From assembly GCF_001447785.1 (NCBI RefSeq), contig NW_015173675.1:704643-768642 (forward strand): a stretch of DNA of 64,000 bases. The letters run 5' to 3'. The notes beneath the pieces are model-generated. The model had not been told where the DNA came from and did not search any database. It worked only from the letters and a program-made list of their open reading frames with translations. Shown in pieces: positions 24,017-35,654 of the stretch; the stretch's first letter is position 1, and every line of letters begins with the position of its first letter. This DNA is from Gekko japonicus (Eukaryota). A program made the position numbers and the translations under genes.

Positions 24017-26334
24017 AACAAAGTTGGCTATACTCTGGCATCATTTTTGCCTCTCTTTCCCATTGTTTTGCTATTTAGCAAGCACGAATCCAGACCTTTA
24101 TATAAAATACTGCTGAGGAACTAGGAGAACTAAGGAACAGGAAAGTAAGTAAAGCTGCCTAAAGGACTGCTGGCTAACCTTTTCTATGCATAGGTTCACA
24201 GGGTTATTTTTTTAAATCTAGAAAGCCCTACCATGTTTAAGCTGATCAGTTTAAAGGAACACCTTCTATATTCTATTGCAGTGTTTAAGCTCTGCCATCT
24301 CCACTGCATCTTGACTCTGTCATCCAAGTGCCAAGAAAGCAGGGAACCCAAGTTCCATTTCCCCCTCCCAGCTTTAAAGTTCACGGGGTAGCATCACCTT
24401 TGGAAAGTCACTTTCTTTCCTTCAGTATTGTTGTTAAATTGCCATTCTGAGCTCTTTAGAGGAAAGGCTGTAAACAAAAGAAGTAAGCCAAATTATTATA
24501 TAAAACTTTCTTCCATTTGAACTCTACTCCCTGGAAACTGAAAAGGGTCTATTCTGAGAGTACTTCAATTTGTTCATGGTGTGACTGTGTAAATACAGAT
24601 ATATCACATAATTTGGTGATGGTACTCTCAGATTTTGGGATATTAATAATCAAATTTTGTATAAGAATTACTAGAATTGCTATAAAATATTATAATATTT
24701 GATACAATAGTTGGAATAGCTGGAATACTTACTTAGCTCAAACCAGAAGACAGGCTACTTAATTATGGCTGTACAGAGCCTGTTGACACAAGTTTCAAAG
24801 GGACTTGAGATACTATCAGGGGAGATTTTTAAAAGTACTGTTTTCCAACATGTCTGAAGTTAGATATTAAGATCGGGAGAGGACAGGTAAACTATCTGAT
24901 GCAAATAAATATTTTTGGAACTTTTTCCTACTACTCGAATGACTAATATAAGCAAATTACTGCCAGAGTCAAGATACTGAGATTCTTAGATATTATTTTT
25001 AACAAACCTTTTATAACTTAATCTGTAATCTGTTACAGATCTGGCTATATTTACTGAATAGTTAAAAAGTATAGCATTATGCATTTATTGTAAATTAAAA
25101 AGCCCATACAACTAGACAAATCTGGCATAGATAGTTCTTCACCAGTTATGAAAATACTTTCCAGGAGAGGTTGAGGCACTGTAAAATCTTCTTTGTAAGA
25201 TTTGCATTTTTTTTTTTAAAAAAAAATGCTTTTACTCATTGGATTAGCATCCTGCTTTTTAACCAAATTACTTAAAACAGCTCACAAAATTTTGTAAAAT
25301 ACAACATTCCAGATAGAAAACAACTTTTGGTTTAAACATTCAAACCACAACATAAATACAACCTGTGATGAGAGATGTACAGAACAGAACGAAACGAAGT
25401 ATTTTAAAATACTGAACTCAAAACATTCAAAAACAAAAATCTAAACAAAAGCAACACCCTACTCATGGAAACATTTCATTGCACTGAAGCTGGGGTAAGG
25501 AAGAAGTCAAAGGGGTATCCAAAATCGGGCTCGTCTCAGACAGTGGCCAACTGCTTTAAAATGGCCACCATGAGGAAGAGGCGGAAGTAGGGTTCTACTG
25601 AACTGTGATAGCTAGCTCCCGCAGCATTAAAGGTCTTCCGTCCTTGGAAAGAAAGGCCTAGAGCGCACAACTGTCATTCCAAAACCAGTGAGGGCTAAGG
25701 AAGGGGAAAGTTTAGTCACTTGGATGCCTCTGTGGTCAAAAAGCAGGATATAAAGCAAATAACTGTTATTTTAACCTGCCTCACTTTACCTTCTGTTTTT
25801 CTGTACTAGTACAGAGCTTTATGGGAGCTTTTTATAGCCAGGGTTAAGCTACTAATAGTGTATCATTTCCCACCCCCCTGACCCAGTGATCTTTTTAAAA
25901 AAAACATATGCATGAGAGCCTTTTCACCTTCAAGACCTACTCCTGTTCAATTCAGAAATAGGAGATCTGCCTATGCTCTAATTTGCATATAAAGATTTAT
26001 TCCATTGCAATTAACAAGGTACTGAAGAACTCTGTGCATCAATGAACACACAAATCTCTAGATCAGGATAAAAATGCTATACTGATTCTGGTTTTGCATT
26101 TTAAATTTTAGTATTATTATTGCACCTCTCAAAGCCTGAACTAAATAGTTTCCCTGAACTAAATTTATTACTCCTTGGGGAATAATCGACACTTTTCTAT
26201 AAGCATCCCAAAACATTTACTAGAAAGTAGGCTGTGTTTTTGTTTTTGGTTAACACTCAATCTTGCTACTATAGCCGTTGGTAACTAGTTTCTTGGAACT
26301 GCGTTTCCAGCTCAGCTTCAGCCACAGACCTCAG

Positions 26335-26561
26335 TTATAGCTGAGAGGACACTGAATCACTTTCTTCAGACTCACAGCTCCTGCAATGGAAAGGAAAGAC
26401 AGTACAGCTTGGCTTATGCCTTGAATAATATCCATATCGGTGTTCAGCAGAACTCAAACCATGGCAGATGCAGCAAATTTTGACAAGCCCTTTACCAGTA
26501 TCTGGAACAGCCTTCGCACAAATCCTAAATATTCTTCTTTGATTCCTTTTTCTCTTGCCCT
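26335..26561 (-). CDS. Candidate terminal exon of the C4orf51 ortholog (...PDTGKGLVKIC...CRSCESEESDSVSSQL*)
   Basis: Pyrimidine-rich acceptor ttcatttcatttccttactttcaag and an open frame to TAA. GKGLVK and the Ser/acidic tail weakly resemble the recalled human C-terminus (GKGVLK...CSSEDSE). AATAAA on - at 26164-26169. Confidence 0.4.
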
Positions 26562-26924
26562 CTTGAAAGTAAGGAAATGAAATGAAGAGCAATAAAATAT
26601 ATTAACTGCCAGTATGCAGGGGAATTAGAGTCTCTGACTTGGAGGAGTGAAGAAGGTGACTTCACTACAACTCCCCACTCAGCTAGGATTGCCAACCTCC
26701 AGGTGGGGCTCAGGGCGGCTAACAACAATAAAAACAATAAATAACAACAGCAAGTAAAAATCAGATCCTAATAAAGTAATCATTCCAGAAGACTCCAGTG
26801 CCTAGATGATATCCAAAACAGTACCCCCCCCCCAAATCCCACCTTTTCCAGGCTCCACCAATGAAATCTCCAGAAATGTCCCAGTCTGGAGTTGGCAACG
26901 CTGTGTAACAGGGTAGTGAACACC

Positions 26925-27375
26925 AGACCAGCGTGATCTAATGATTCAGGTGTCAGACTAGGATCTGGGAAACCCAGGTCTGAATCCCCAATCTGTCTTG
27001 GCAGTTCCCTGGATCACACATGCTCTCAGCCTATACAACCTAACAAGGTGGTTGTGAGGATAAAATGGAGGAGAGTAGAAAAATGTATTCAACCCTGGTC
27101 TCCTTGGGGAAAAAGGGAGAATTAGAATGTAGTAAATAGTATGGTGTAGTGGTAAAGAGTGGAGAACTGGGATTGATTCCCCCGTTCCTCCTCCACATGA
27201 AGCCTGCTGGGTGACCTTGGGCCAGTCACGCAGTTTTCTCAGAACTCTCTCAGCCCCACCTACTTCACAAGGTACCTTTTGTGGGGAGAGGAAGGGAGGG
27301 TGATTGTAAGCAGCTTTGAGACTCCTTAGGGCAGAGAAAGTGGGGTATAAAAACCAACTTTAAAAAAACTAAATA
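26925..27375 (+). mobile_element. Two tandem Squam3-like SINEs
   Basis: Two successive heads (GACTAGGATCTGGGAAACCCAGG; GGTGTAGTGGTAAAGAG) with shared CTCTCAGCC bodies and an A-rich tail. Confidence 0.8.
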
Positions 27376-28027
27376 AATTTCATTTTAAAATAACAGTAAA
27401 ATCCTTAGATACAGACTAATCCTTTAATCCCTAATTTAAAACAGTGCCAAATAAAAAGCTCGCTCATTCCCTCCTTATACTGACAGCTGGTGGGTGCTTG
27501 CACCTCCCCCACTTTTGAAATGTGCCTTGAATGGGTATCTTTTAAGTATAGCCATGTGGAGGTCTGTGGGAGGGCATTCTAGAGACAACACTGGTCATGG
27601 GAGCTTCCAACAAAGTTTGGGATATACATGACACAACAAAAGAGGTTCTCCTGCCCAGAAGGCATTGTGCAACTGGACAGTGCACAAGGATCAGCACTAA
27701 AACAGTCCTTAATAGGCGTGTAAGACCTAAGATGCCCAAGTACCCTAGCCCAGCTGCCTGTAACACAAAGACGGCACTGGTCAAGGAGGGAATTCTGCAT
27801 GTGCAAATCATAGCAAAAGAGTTCAAAATTACCCCATCACACTAGAGCCACTGAATGCAGCTATTGCAATGGTGGGGATGAGACAAGAACCCAGGAAACA
27901 AAGTGGCATGGGTGCAGGGACCCAGTGGGAAAAGGGCGTGGGCAGATCAGTATGAAAGAAAGGGTCTTTGCTAGGAGAAAGTCTCATACTGAAAGCTATT
28001 TTCAGTGCAGAGCTTGATCGGAATAAC

Positions 28028-28074
28028 CTGGTTGTCAGGCGATGTCGTTTTCGTCTTCTCCGCCATTTGGTTCC
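28028..28074 (-). CDS. Candidate 47-nt internal exon of the C4orf51 ortholog
   Basis: Very strong polypyrimidine acceptor (ttcttttccttgtctttcactttcatcccag) and CAG|GTTATT donor; frame undetermined. Confidence 0.25.
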
Positions 28075-28300
28075 CTGGGATGAAAGTGAAAGACAAGGAA
28101 AAGAAGTTGAAAGTCATTCAGAAACTTGGAAATTTTGTGCTGCAAAAGTGAAGAAAGGAATCTCAATGGAGGGAATGTCTCAGTATCCAGTTGAAAAATG
28201 GCAGAACTCAGCTCACCGTATTCACACGCGTGCTTTTTCCAGTGCTGAATTGCATCAAGGGGTGTTAACGGTGATGCAATACTGACTGTATTATGATTAA

Positions 28301-28833
28301 CAAGAAAGAAGACCCACGAAACTCTTGGGGGGGCGGGGGAGCTCCAAGATCAGCAGGCGGAGGAGGAACCAGCAGGAGCAGGTAAGCTCTCCCCCCCATC
28401 CCACCGGTTCCTCTGTCTCCTCCACTACCACCCCTGCTCGATCGCCCCCACCCACCTCCTCCCCCAGCTGTGAACTGAGGCCCGAGCAGCTTGCAGCCGC
28501 CGGGCCTCGTCGGTCCCTTCCCCCAGCTGCAAAGCGAGGCCCGCGCGGCTTGTAGCCACTGGGCTTCGCCGCCTCCCCCCCGCTGCAAAGCGAGGCCCGC
28601 GCAGCTTGTAGCCGCCCAGGTGCAGAGCATTCCCTGCGCATGCGCAAAGGACGCTCTGTCACTTTTGGGGGGATTTAAGAACCCCCCAATATTTTTTTAA
28701 ACTTTTCGGATTTTTGTGCACACCTGGGGACTGCCCCAAGTGGGTACGAAAATCTCCCTCCCCCCCAGGTGCCCCCGATGCGCGGATTTAGGTATCCGCA
28801 CGCACGGGGGCTCCTTCGCTATTAGTATATAGA
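28301..28833 (-). mobile_element. Non-autonomous Helitron, GC-rich, with internal tandem repeats
   Basis: On -: A|TCTATATACTAATAG start, degenerate hairpin CCCAAGA-GTT-TCGTGGG, CTTG|T end; repeated GCTGCAAAGCGAGGCCCGCG units. Confidence 0.7.
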
Positions 28834-31348
28834 TCTATCATAAAAGAAGACAAGTTAAATATGGTACAGTGTATTGCTTACAAATAACACATTTTGGAAT
28901 ATAGCTGGAGAAACTGGCTGTAACCTTTTAACATGTCATGAATTGTGTTCTGACCTGTATTGAGCAAGATAACCAGCCACACATTCCTCCATGGGTTAAC
29001 TTCCAGATGTTAATTTCCCCGAAAGAGAGACCTCACAGCTCAGCTTTGGACCTATAAGGTCCACCACCAAATCCCTGTGGTGACGTGACAAGCTGCAGTT
29101 AGTCCATGCTGAGGTAAATATATTCTACCCACACAGAGAGATAATATTTTGTTACTTCACACAGTCTAGGAATGTGGCCTGGCTCAACATAAGCCCTAAA
29201 AATCTCACTTTCTCAAACGAACTACAAAACCAAATAACTTGGATTCAAAAGGCTATGAATACTGAACGCAAATAGGAGCCATTGTTTCTCTCCTCTGCTT
29301 CCTCTTTGCAAGTAATAAACAATAATTATTCTCCTGGCAGAAACACCCTCTCTGTTATCAGAGCTTAATTTGAGACAAGGCTCACTAGAACATACTCCTA
29401 GAATGTGTTTTGTCTGCCAGGGTTCACGTGCCTTGCATGGATACATACTGCTAAAGGACGTTTTCCTGCTCCATCATTCCAGACACAGCTTGATAGTGGG
29501 GCTTGTAGAAAGAATCCTCCCCCCACCCCAAAGGACAATGGGAGCAACTTTATTTTTGCACTAACAGTAGTGCTAGTCCCAATCAGGCAACAGCTATTTC
29601 ATCACTATACAATGTAACTGGAACAGAGGGAATAAGCTTTGCATTAGGAAGGAGAGCCCATTTATTTCTTTAAAGGGTATTTGTGCATGCATTCACATGT
29701 GCACTAAGTGCTGGAAACAGAAAATGCCCAGTCTACATTTTTTTTTAAAAGAAGAGATCTTGAAATGGCAAAGTATTTATGGCCCTGGCACTATTTTTAG
29801 AATTTAAGAAAATACAATGAAATTAAAAGGGCTCCAAAAGTTCTTATGGGACAAGGTAGAAGGGCTCATCTTTATCAAGCAAATAAATGGAGAAGGGCAA
29901 ATAACTGTATTGTCAGCAGTGGTATAGGCAGTATCCAGTTGGTATGTGCAGTCACTGAAGAATAGTTCTGGTGGCACACTTGGGAGGGGATTGCACATGT
30001 CAACAAAATCCCTAAGGCACTGTGGACATGTGGGGAAAAACTGGGTTTGCCAGTGATGGAAGGGCAACGGAACAAAAATACTTCCACATGTCAAAAATGT
30101 ATCTACAAATCCTTAAAAGACAAATCACAATTTCCTTAAGGTTAGTGCCCAACCATATTAGATTTACATACCCTCCATCTTTAAACTGTGTATCGAGGTC
30201 ATTTCCACAACTACGGCTATAGAAAGTAGAATATCTGTGAGCTGAACACAATAACAATTGCACAGATCCCTGCATTACTTTGGAAACATCCCAGGCTGTA
30301 GATTTACTCATATTCATTACCCCATGAAGGAAAGTAAAAACTACATGAACATTAAATGGAAATTGGAATGGTATGTGCTTCACTGTTGACAAGCCAACCC
30401 CAGTCTTTGAAGACAGTGCAGGGGCCTTGTCTGAAAGCCCTCCTGAGTCCCTTATCTAAATACCCAAATTTGCAGATGGCAAGAAGAAACACACCTTGGC
30501 TCTTCTGCTGCACTAAATATGCCACGTTCTTGTATCTCTTCACTTTGGTTTGTTTTTTCTTTGTTTTTTAAATTGCCTAGTGGCCACAGTCAGCTAACCA
30601 TTTTTCAAGGTAATCCTGCTGGAGTCGACAGGATTATTCTGGAACACACGGCTGGCAGATTGCAGGCTCAGTCTTGCTGCTCTGGTCTATGCAATTTCCA
30701 CTAGCTTATCTGCTTCAAAATTAGTTGTCCTCAAGTGAGCACACTTTCCAGCACAAAGCCAAACCAGTGCTGAAAAGAATGCAACACTGACTACGTTTGC
30801 CTCTTCCGTCATTACAAGTCTTCATTTGGCAAGAGATTAAAATGTTCTCCTATAAATATAAGGTCTACAGACCTGAAAGAACTGGGGCAGCACTACTAGA
30901 CAGGCAAAAACGAACATAGCAAACCCTTGACAGCCTCATCTCCTAAAGAAAAGGAGCTCCTTGAGGACTGTCTGGAAGAGAAGCAGCAGAGGGAGGGGAC
31001 TTAACCTTCACCTACAGCTTCCCACCTGCCAGGCCCTTTCCTTTCACAGGATCCCGGATGCACATTTTCCCTCAAAAATGTTTTTGGATCCTTCTGGAAG
31101 GAATGTTTTCGGTGGAAAAGCAGTGAAGTGGGGAAAGGCCAACAGTGCCGTCCTAAGCATAGTGACACCATTCAAGCCCATTGGCTTCAATAGACTTCGA
31201 AGGGTATAAATTCTGGTTAGTGTAGCTCTCCAAGTACCTTTCATTAACCTCCTTTGCTCCAAATCACCCTCTGTTTCATCCAGTCTTCCCAAGAGGAGCT
31301 AACCAGTAAAAAACCCTACACATTTGAAGTAACACATAATACTACCTG

Positions 31349-31529
31349 TAGCAGCAGAAAAGAGCAAGAGTCCAGTAGCACCTTAAAGACTGACAAAATT
31401 TGTGGCAGGGATGAGCTTTTCTGAGTCACTTCTCACTTCTTCAGTCAGAAGAAGAAATGAGCAGTAACTCACGAAAGCTCCTACCCTACCACAAATGTGC
31501 TACTGGACTCTTGCTCTTTTCTGCTGCTA
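31349..31529. mobile_element. Penelope-like element terminal repeats in inverted arrangement, with hammerhead-like motifs
   Basis: Perfect 32-bp inverted arms at 31349-31380 and 31498-31529. The GAGTCCAGTAGCACCTTAAAGACT repeat is typical of reptile Penelope-like elements; CTGAAGA...CTCACGAAAGCTC cores. Confidence 0.7.
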
Positions 31530-31539
31530 TGGACAGACT

Positions 31540-33183
31540 AACATAAGAACATAAGAGAAGCCAATGTTGGATCAGGCCAATGGCCCATCTAGTCCAATAC
31601 TCTGTCACACAGTGGCCAAAAATACCAGGTGCGAGGCCAGGAGTGGGGCCAGGACATAAGAAGCCCTCCCACTGTTGCTCCCCCCAAGCACCAAGAATAC
31701 ACAGCATCACTTGCCCCAGACTGAGAGTTCCTAACTATACCTTGTGGCTAATAGCCACTGATGGACCTCTGCTCCATATCTATATATCTAATCTCCAACA
31801 GATGGCGCCGTGCGGATAGTTAGTCCCAGGAAAAGGAAGCTCTCTCTGGCCCAGGAGGTTCTACATACTCAGCAGACTTCCTGTATCTGCAGAAAAATGC
31901 AAAAACTAAGAAAATCCCTCCAGGGATGGCTGAATTCCCCCAAAAACCTTTTGAAATGGCCTCTGCAGGGATCTGCTTCAGACACCAACTGTGAGAGAGA
32001 GGTTAGAACGTTCAGGGCGAGGGGAGAAGAGGCTTCTAACCGGCTCTGTGAGTCAAAGGGTGTGGGGGAAGGGCCCTTTTCCAGGCCTCCTTTGGCTTTT
32101 CAGGGGAGGGAGGGAGCCTTGGGGCCTGGCCTGGGGATTCCCTAGAGGTTTTGAGGTGGGATTGGGGAAGGGAGAGGCCTCAGCTGGGTATAATGCCACA
32201 GAGTCCACCTATTTTTCCTTCAGGCCCCACTTAGAGGTTGCCAAGCCTGGGCCTGCCAGCACTTTAGGGTTGCCAGGTTCCCCCCCTGGCCACCGACAGG
32301 GGATTCTGGATAAGGTTGCCAGGTCCAGGCTGGGAAACTCCTGGAGATTTGCGGGAGGAGCCTGGGGAGGACAGGGACCTCAGTGGGGTACAATGTCACA
32401 GAGTCCACCCTCCAAAGCATCCATTTTCTCCATGGGAAGTTATCTCTGTAGTCTGGAAATGAGCAGGAATTACAGGGGATCCCCAGGTCCCACCTGGAGG
32501 CTGGCATCCCTCGGCAGCACCCTCTGGGTGACTTGATACCACCTGATTTGCATGACTCAAGTAGGCCCAGCTGCTTGCTACTGTTCATCAGCAGCCACCC
32601 TATGAAAGCTGGGTTGTTGTGCAGATAAAACGTAGGAGAGAATAATGTAAGCTGTTTTGGTCCCCACTGTGGAGAAAAACAGTAATTTTCCTAGGTAGAG
32701 GCTGCGGGGGAGGGGTGTGGAGATGGAAAGTTGCAGACAGAGAGGCAGATAAAGGTAGGTTGGCTGTTGGGTGGGAAGGAAATTGTGTTGCCAACTCCAG
32801 GTTGGGAAATTCCTGGACATTTGTGGGGTGGAGCCTGGGGAGGGTGGGATTGGAGGAGGGAAGGAACTACAGATGAGTATAATGCCATAGCTGGAGGAGA
32901 AAAAGAAAAGGGGGGGGCAGAAGGGAGAAAGAGCGTGAGAGAGGTAGAGGGAGACAGGAGGAAGCAAAGGTGTGAGGAATAGGATAACCATTCCGCAAGT
33001 TTCTTGCGGGTCTCTACTTGTGCTTATCTAATTCCTTCTTGAAGCTGCCCATGCTTGTAGCTGCCGCCACCTCCTGTGGCAGTGAATTCCATGTGTTAAT
33101 CACCCTTTGGGTGAAGAAGTACTTCCTTTTATCAATTCAAACCCAACTGCTCAGCAATTTCATGGAGTGCCCACGAGTTCTTG
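31540..33183 (-). mobile_element. CR1 3' fragment in two pieces (31540-31778 and 33021-33183), split by a Helitron
   Basis: Both pieces match the CR1 at 38400-38943 in reverse and rejoin exactly as CTGCTCCATA|TGCTTATC. Confidence 0.88.
31779..33020 (+). mobile_element. Non-autonomous Helitron (1242 bp) containing MITE and SINE fragments
   Basis: 5' TCTATATATCTAAT; subterminal hairpin CCGCAAG-TTT-CTTGCGG (32993-33009); 3' CTTG; inserted between A and T with no TSD. Confidence 0.85.
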
Positions 33184-35567
33184 TATATAGCTATACATAG
33201 CTACCCATCTTGATATGATACTTCCTTCAGTCACAGAACAAACCTGAACCATGGAGCTGAGATTCCCCTAAACCATTTGGAAAATTTCCGGAAGCTTCTA
33301 AGTAACCTGGAAATGCATAATAACTAGGATGAAGGCTGGTGGGTGGAGGAGAGAGAACAAAAAAGGCAAAGAAGCTTTTCCCCAGGACCTACACTCAATC
33401 CAAGTCTTTACAAACCACCACAAGGCTTGACACGATTGATTATCATTCATAAGTGAAACATGCATTTAATTAGGTAAGAGGCAAGTAAGATGAATAGGAA
33501 ATTAATCTCAATTATTTCTTAATTCACTTCTCCAGCCACCTGCCCAAGTCTACCTCATTGTTTGGAAAACCAGCAAGGGCCAGCCGAACAGACACAAAAA
33601 CAAAATCTCTGTTACATGTCCTGTGCTCTGGGTTCTTTCAGAGGTTAAGAGTTTGACATTCAGAAAAGAGCACACGTGTCTCGATCCAACAAGTCTGCAC
33701 TGACAATCCGGGTGGGGTGGGGTGGGGGGTAAGACTTGGGAGTGGGGGGATCTCGTGCCTACTCAGCCTAGGTATTTGTCAATAAATAGATACTGCCAAA
33801 TATGCCGTCACCATAAGTTGGCTGCGACTTGACAGCACTTTACATACATTCCAAATATGTCACAGGTCTCCAGTATTTTGTCCTTGTAAGAATCGTGATC
33901 CTGTCCAGTTGTACTTTCCCCTAATATCTGCATAGATGCTCATATGCCAAGTGCATACGCAAATACCCAGAGCAGCTTGCACCACAGCAGGTGCTCCTGT
34001 AATGTTTAGTCACTTACATGATGTTGCACTTGTGCAGTACTTTGCACTAGGTTGTAGTTCTGTGGGTCAAACTAGGTATAGCCCCTAGAAGCTCATGTCT
34101 AGGGTTTAACAGGGTTAAAAGCAGCTGGAGAGGGAGCAGTTGAGATCGCCAGCTCTGTTCCCTGCTTTGAGCTCCTTTGATAAAGGGCAGGATATGGGTG
34201 TGCCCAACAGATGGTCCGTGTAGGCCCAGGCAAGCTCTTGGATTTCATAATACACTTCCTTCCCCATAAAGTACTCATTAAAGCTTAAATACCTACATGT
34301 AAAATAATGGTTTAACCTACTTCGGTTATTGTCTAAGGCCCAGATAAGGTGACTTCCCTTTGCCTTATTATTCCCATTCTACGGTCGAGGACCACTGAGA
34401 GTCAGGGCTGCAGAGAGAGAGCCCCTCCTCCCCTGCTATCAGTAGATACTTTAGTCAAGTGTATTTAATTCCACGGAATAGCAAACATAATACATGTATT
34501 AGCTATTTAGTATTTAATGATGAGAAATTCATGAATAGCTATGAATGCTGATTCACTGGATAGGCTTACTATGACCCACCGTTCTGAAGGTCAAAGGTCA
34601 GACAGTGTGACTTAGTTTGTCAGTAACCTTAGGCTATATAAACCAAACATCAGGGGGCCTTGCCCTGTGGGGCTCTGGGGCACTTTATCCCGCCCTTTGG
34701 GAGCCCCTGCTGAGAGTCATCTACATGCTTATGACCATTCATTGAGTCACCATGCTGAAACTAGGATCCATAAGAGTCCATCTTATTATGTGTCCGATTG
34801 CAGTGACTTTCAGGATTACTTTGAAATTAAAATATAATTCCACTTTAAATCCACAGCTTTCCCTTGGCATAGCTTTTCTGCATTGCTGTGGCAGTGCTCA
34901 CTAATGCTTGTGGCGTGCTTTAAGGAAATTATAATAAAACTTGTTCCATCGAGATTCGGGTCCTCCACTTTTCAAAAAGGAAGGACTAAAGCAGCTGAGG
35001 GGAGGTGTGGTCATTTGGATTAGGGCCACAGTATTGGAGGAAGAGCTGTGTTAACCCCTTTCTCTTGTGCTGTTTCTCAAGCGCAGACCTCCCACAGCAG
35101 CTCCATGGGGGGAAGAAACATACAGGTATGTCCCCCCGCCCACAAGACTAATAGTGGATGGGTTACATGAGGCCAGGAGATGACATAATGCTCCCCCTCC
35201 AGTGCGGAGTAGAGAAGACGGCATGGGGTATGAAGCAGAAAGAGTGGAGCTCACATCTCTGTTCAGCCATGAAGCTCACTTAGGTGGCCTTGAGCTTCCT
35301 TTGACATGTTGCTGTGGGGATAAAATGGAACAAACGTGTCTGCCACACCCTGATCTCCTTACAAGGAGAAAGGGCAGGATGTAAATGTGGTAGATACGGA
35401 CAGTTATGTGAACACTGCTGTTCTTTTTAACAATCTTTTCTCTTGCACGGGGGTTTGGCTGGACTTGGAAAGAGCATTGCTCTACAGTACCATCTAGAGG
35501 TACCATGTGAGCACTGCACCTCAGACCCATCCCTTCGCTGCTATCAGCTGTTACTCGGTGTACTTAC

Positions 35568-35654
35568 GTTTTCCTTCAGTTACATTTCCAGATGTTTTCA
35601 AGGACTTCTTCTCCAGAAGCCTCTCATTGCCTTTCACTGTTCCATTATCAATGG
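35568..35654 (-). CDS. Candidate internal 87-nt exon of the C4orf51 ortholog (IDNGTVKGNERLLEKKSLKTSGNVTEGK)
   Basis: Consensus GTAAGTA donor, atag acceptor with a weak tract, open symmetric phase-1 frame; no recognised homology. Confidence 0.3.

Larger units (their letters stand above)
20125..24035 (+). other. ZNF827: ZNF827 3'UTR (~3.9 kb); 3' end approximate
   Basis: AT-rich, largely repeat-free tract after the stop codon with UTR-like TGTA/TATTT motifs. ATTAAA at 24011-24016 is followed by a T-rich tract. Confidence 0.65.

Noticed and set aside
28290-28830. CpG-island promoter of an unknown gene
   Set aside because: Better explained as a Helitron-like insertion with defined termini.
31810-32991. 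Cluster of 80-180 aa ORFs
   Set aside because: They derive from repeat fragments within the Helitron; there are no RepHel or host-gene motifs.
33710-33729. G-quadruplex motif
   Set aside because: G-runs are common in this window and nothing supports a function here.
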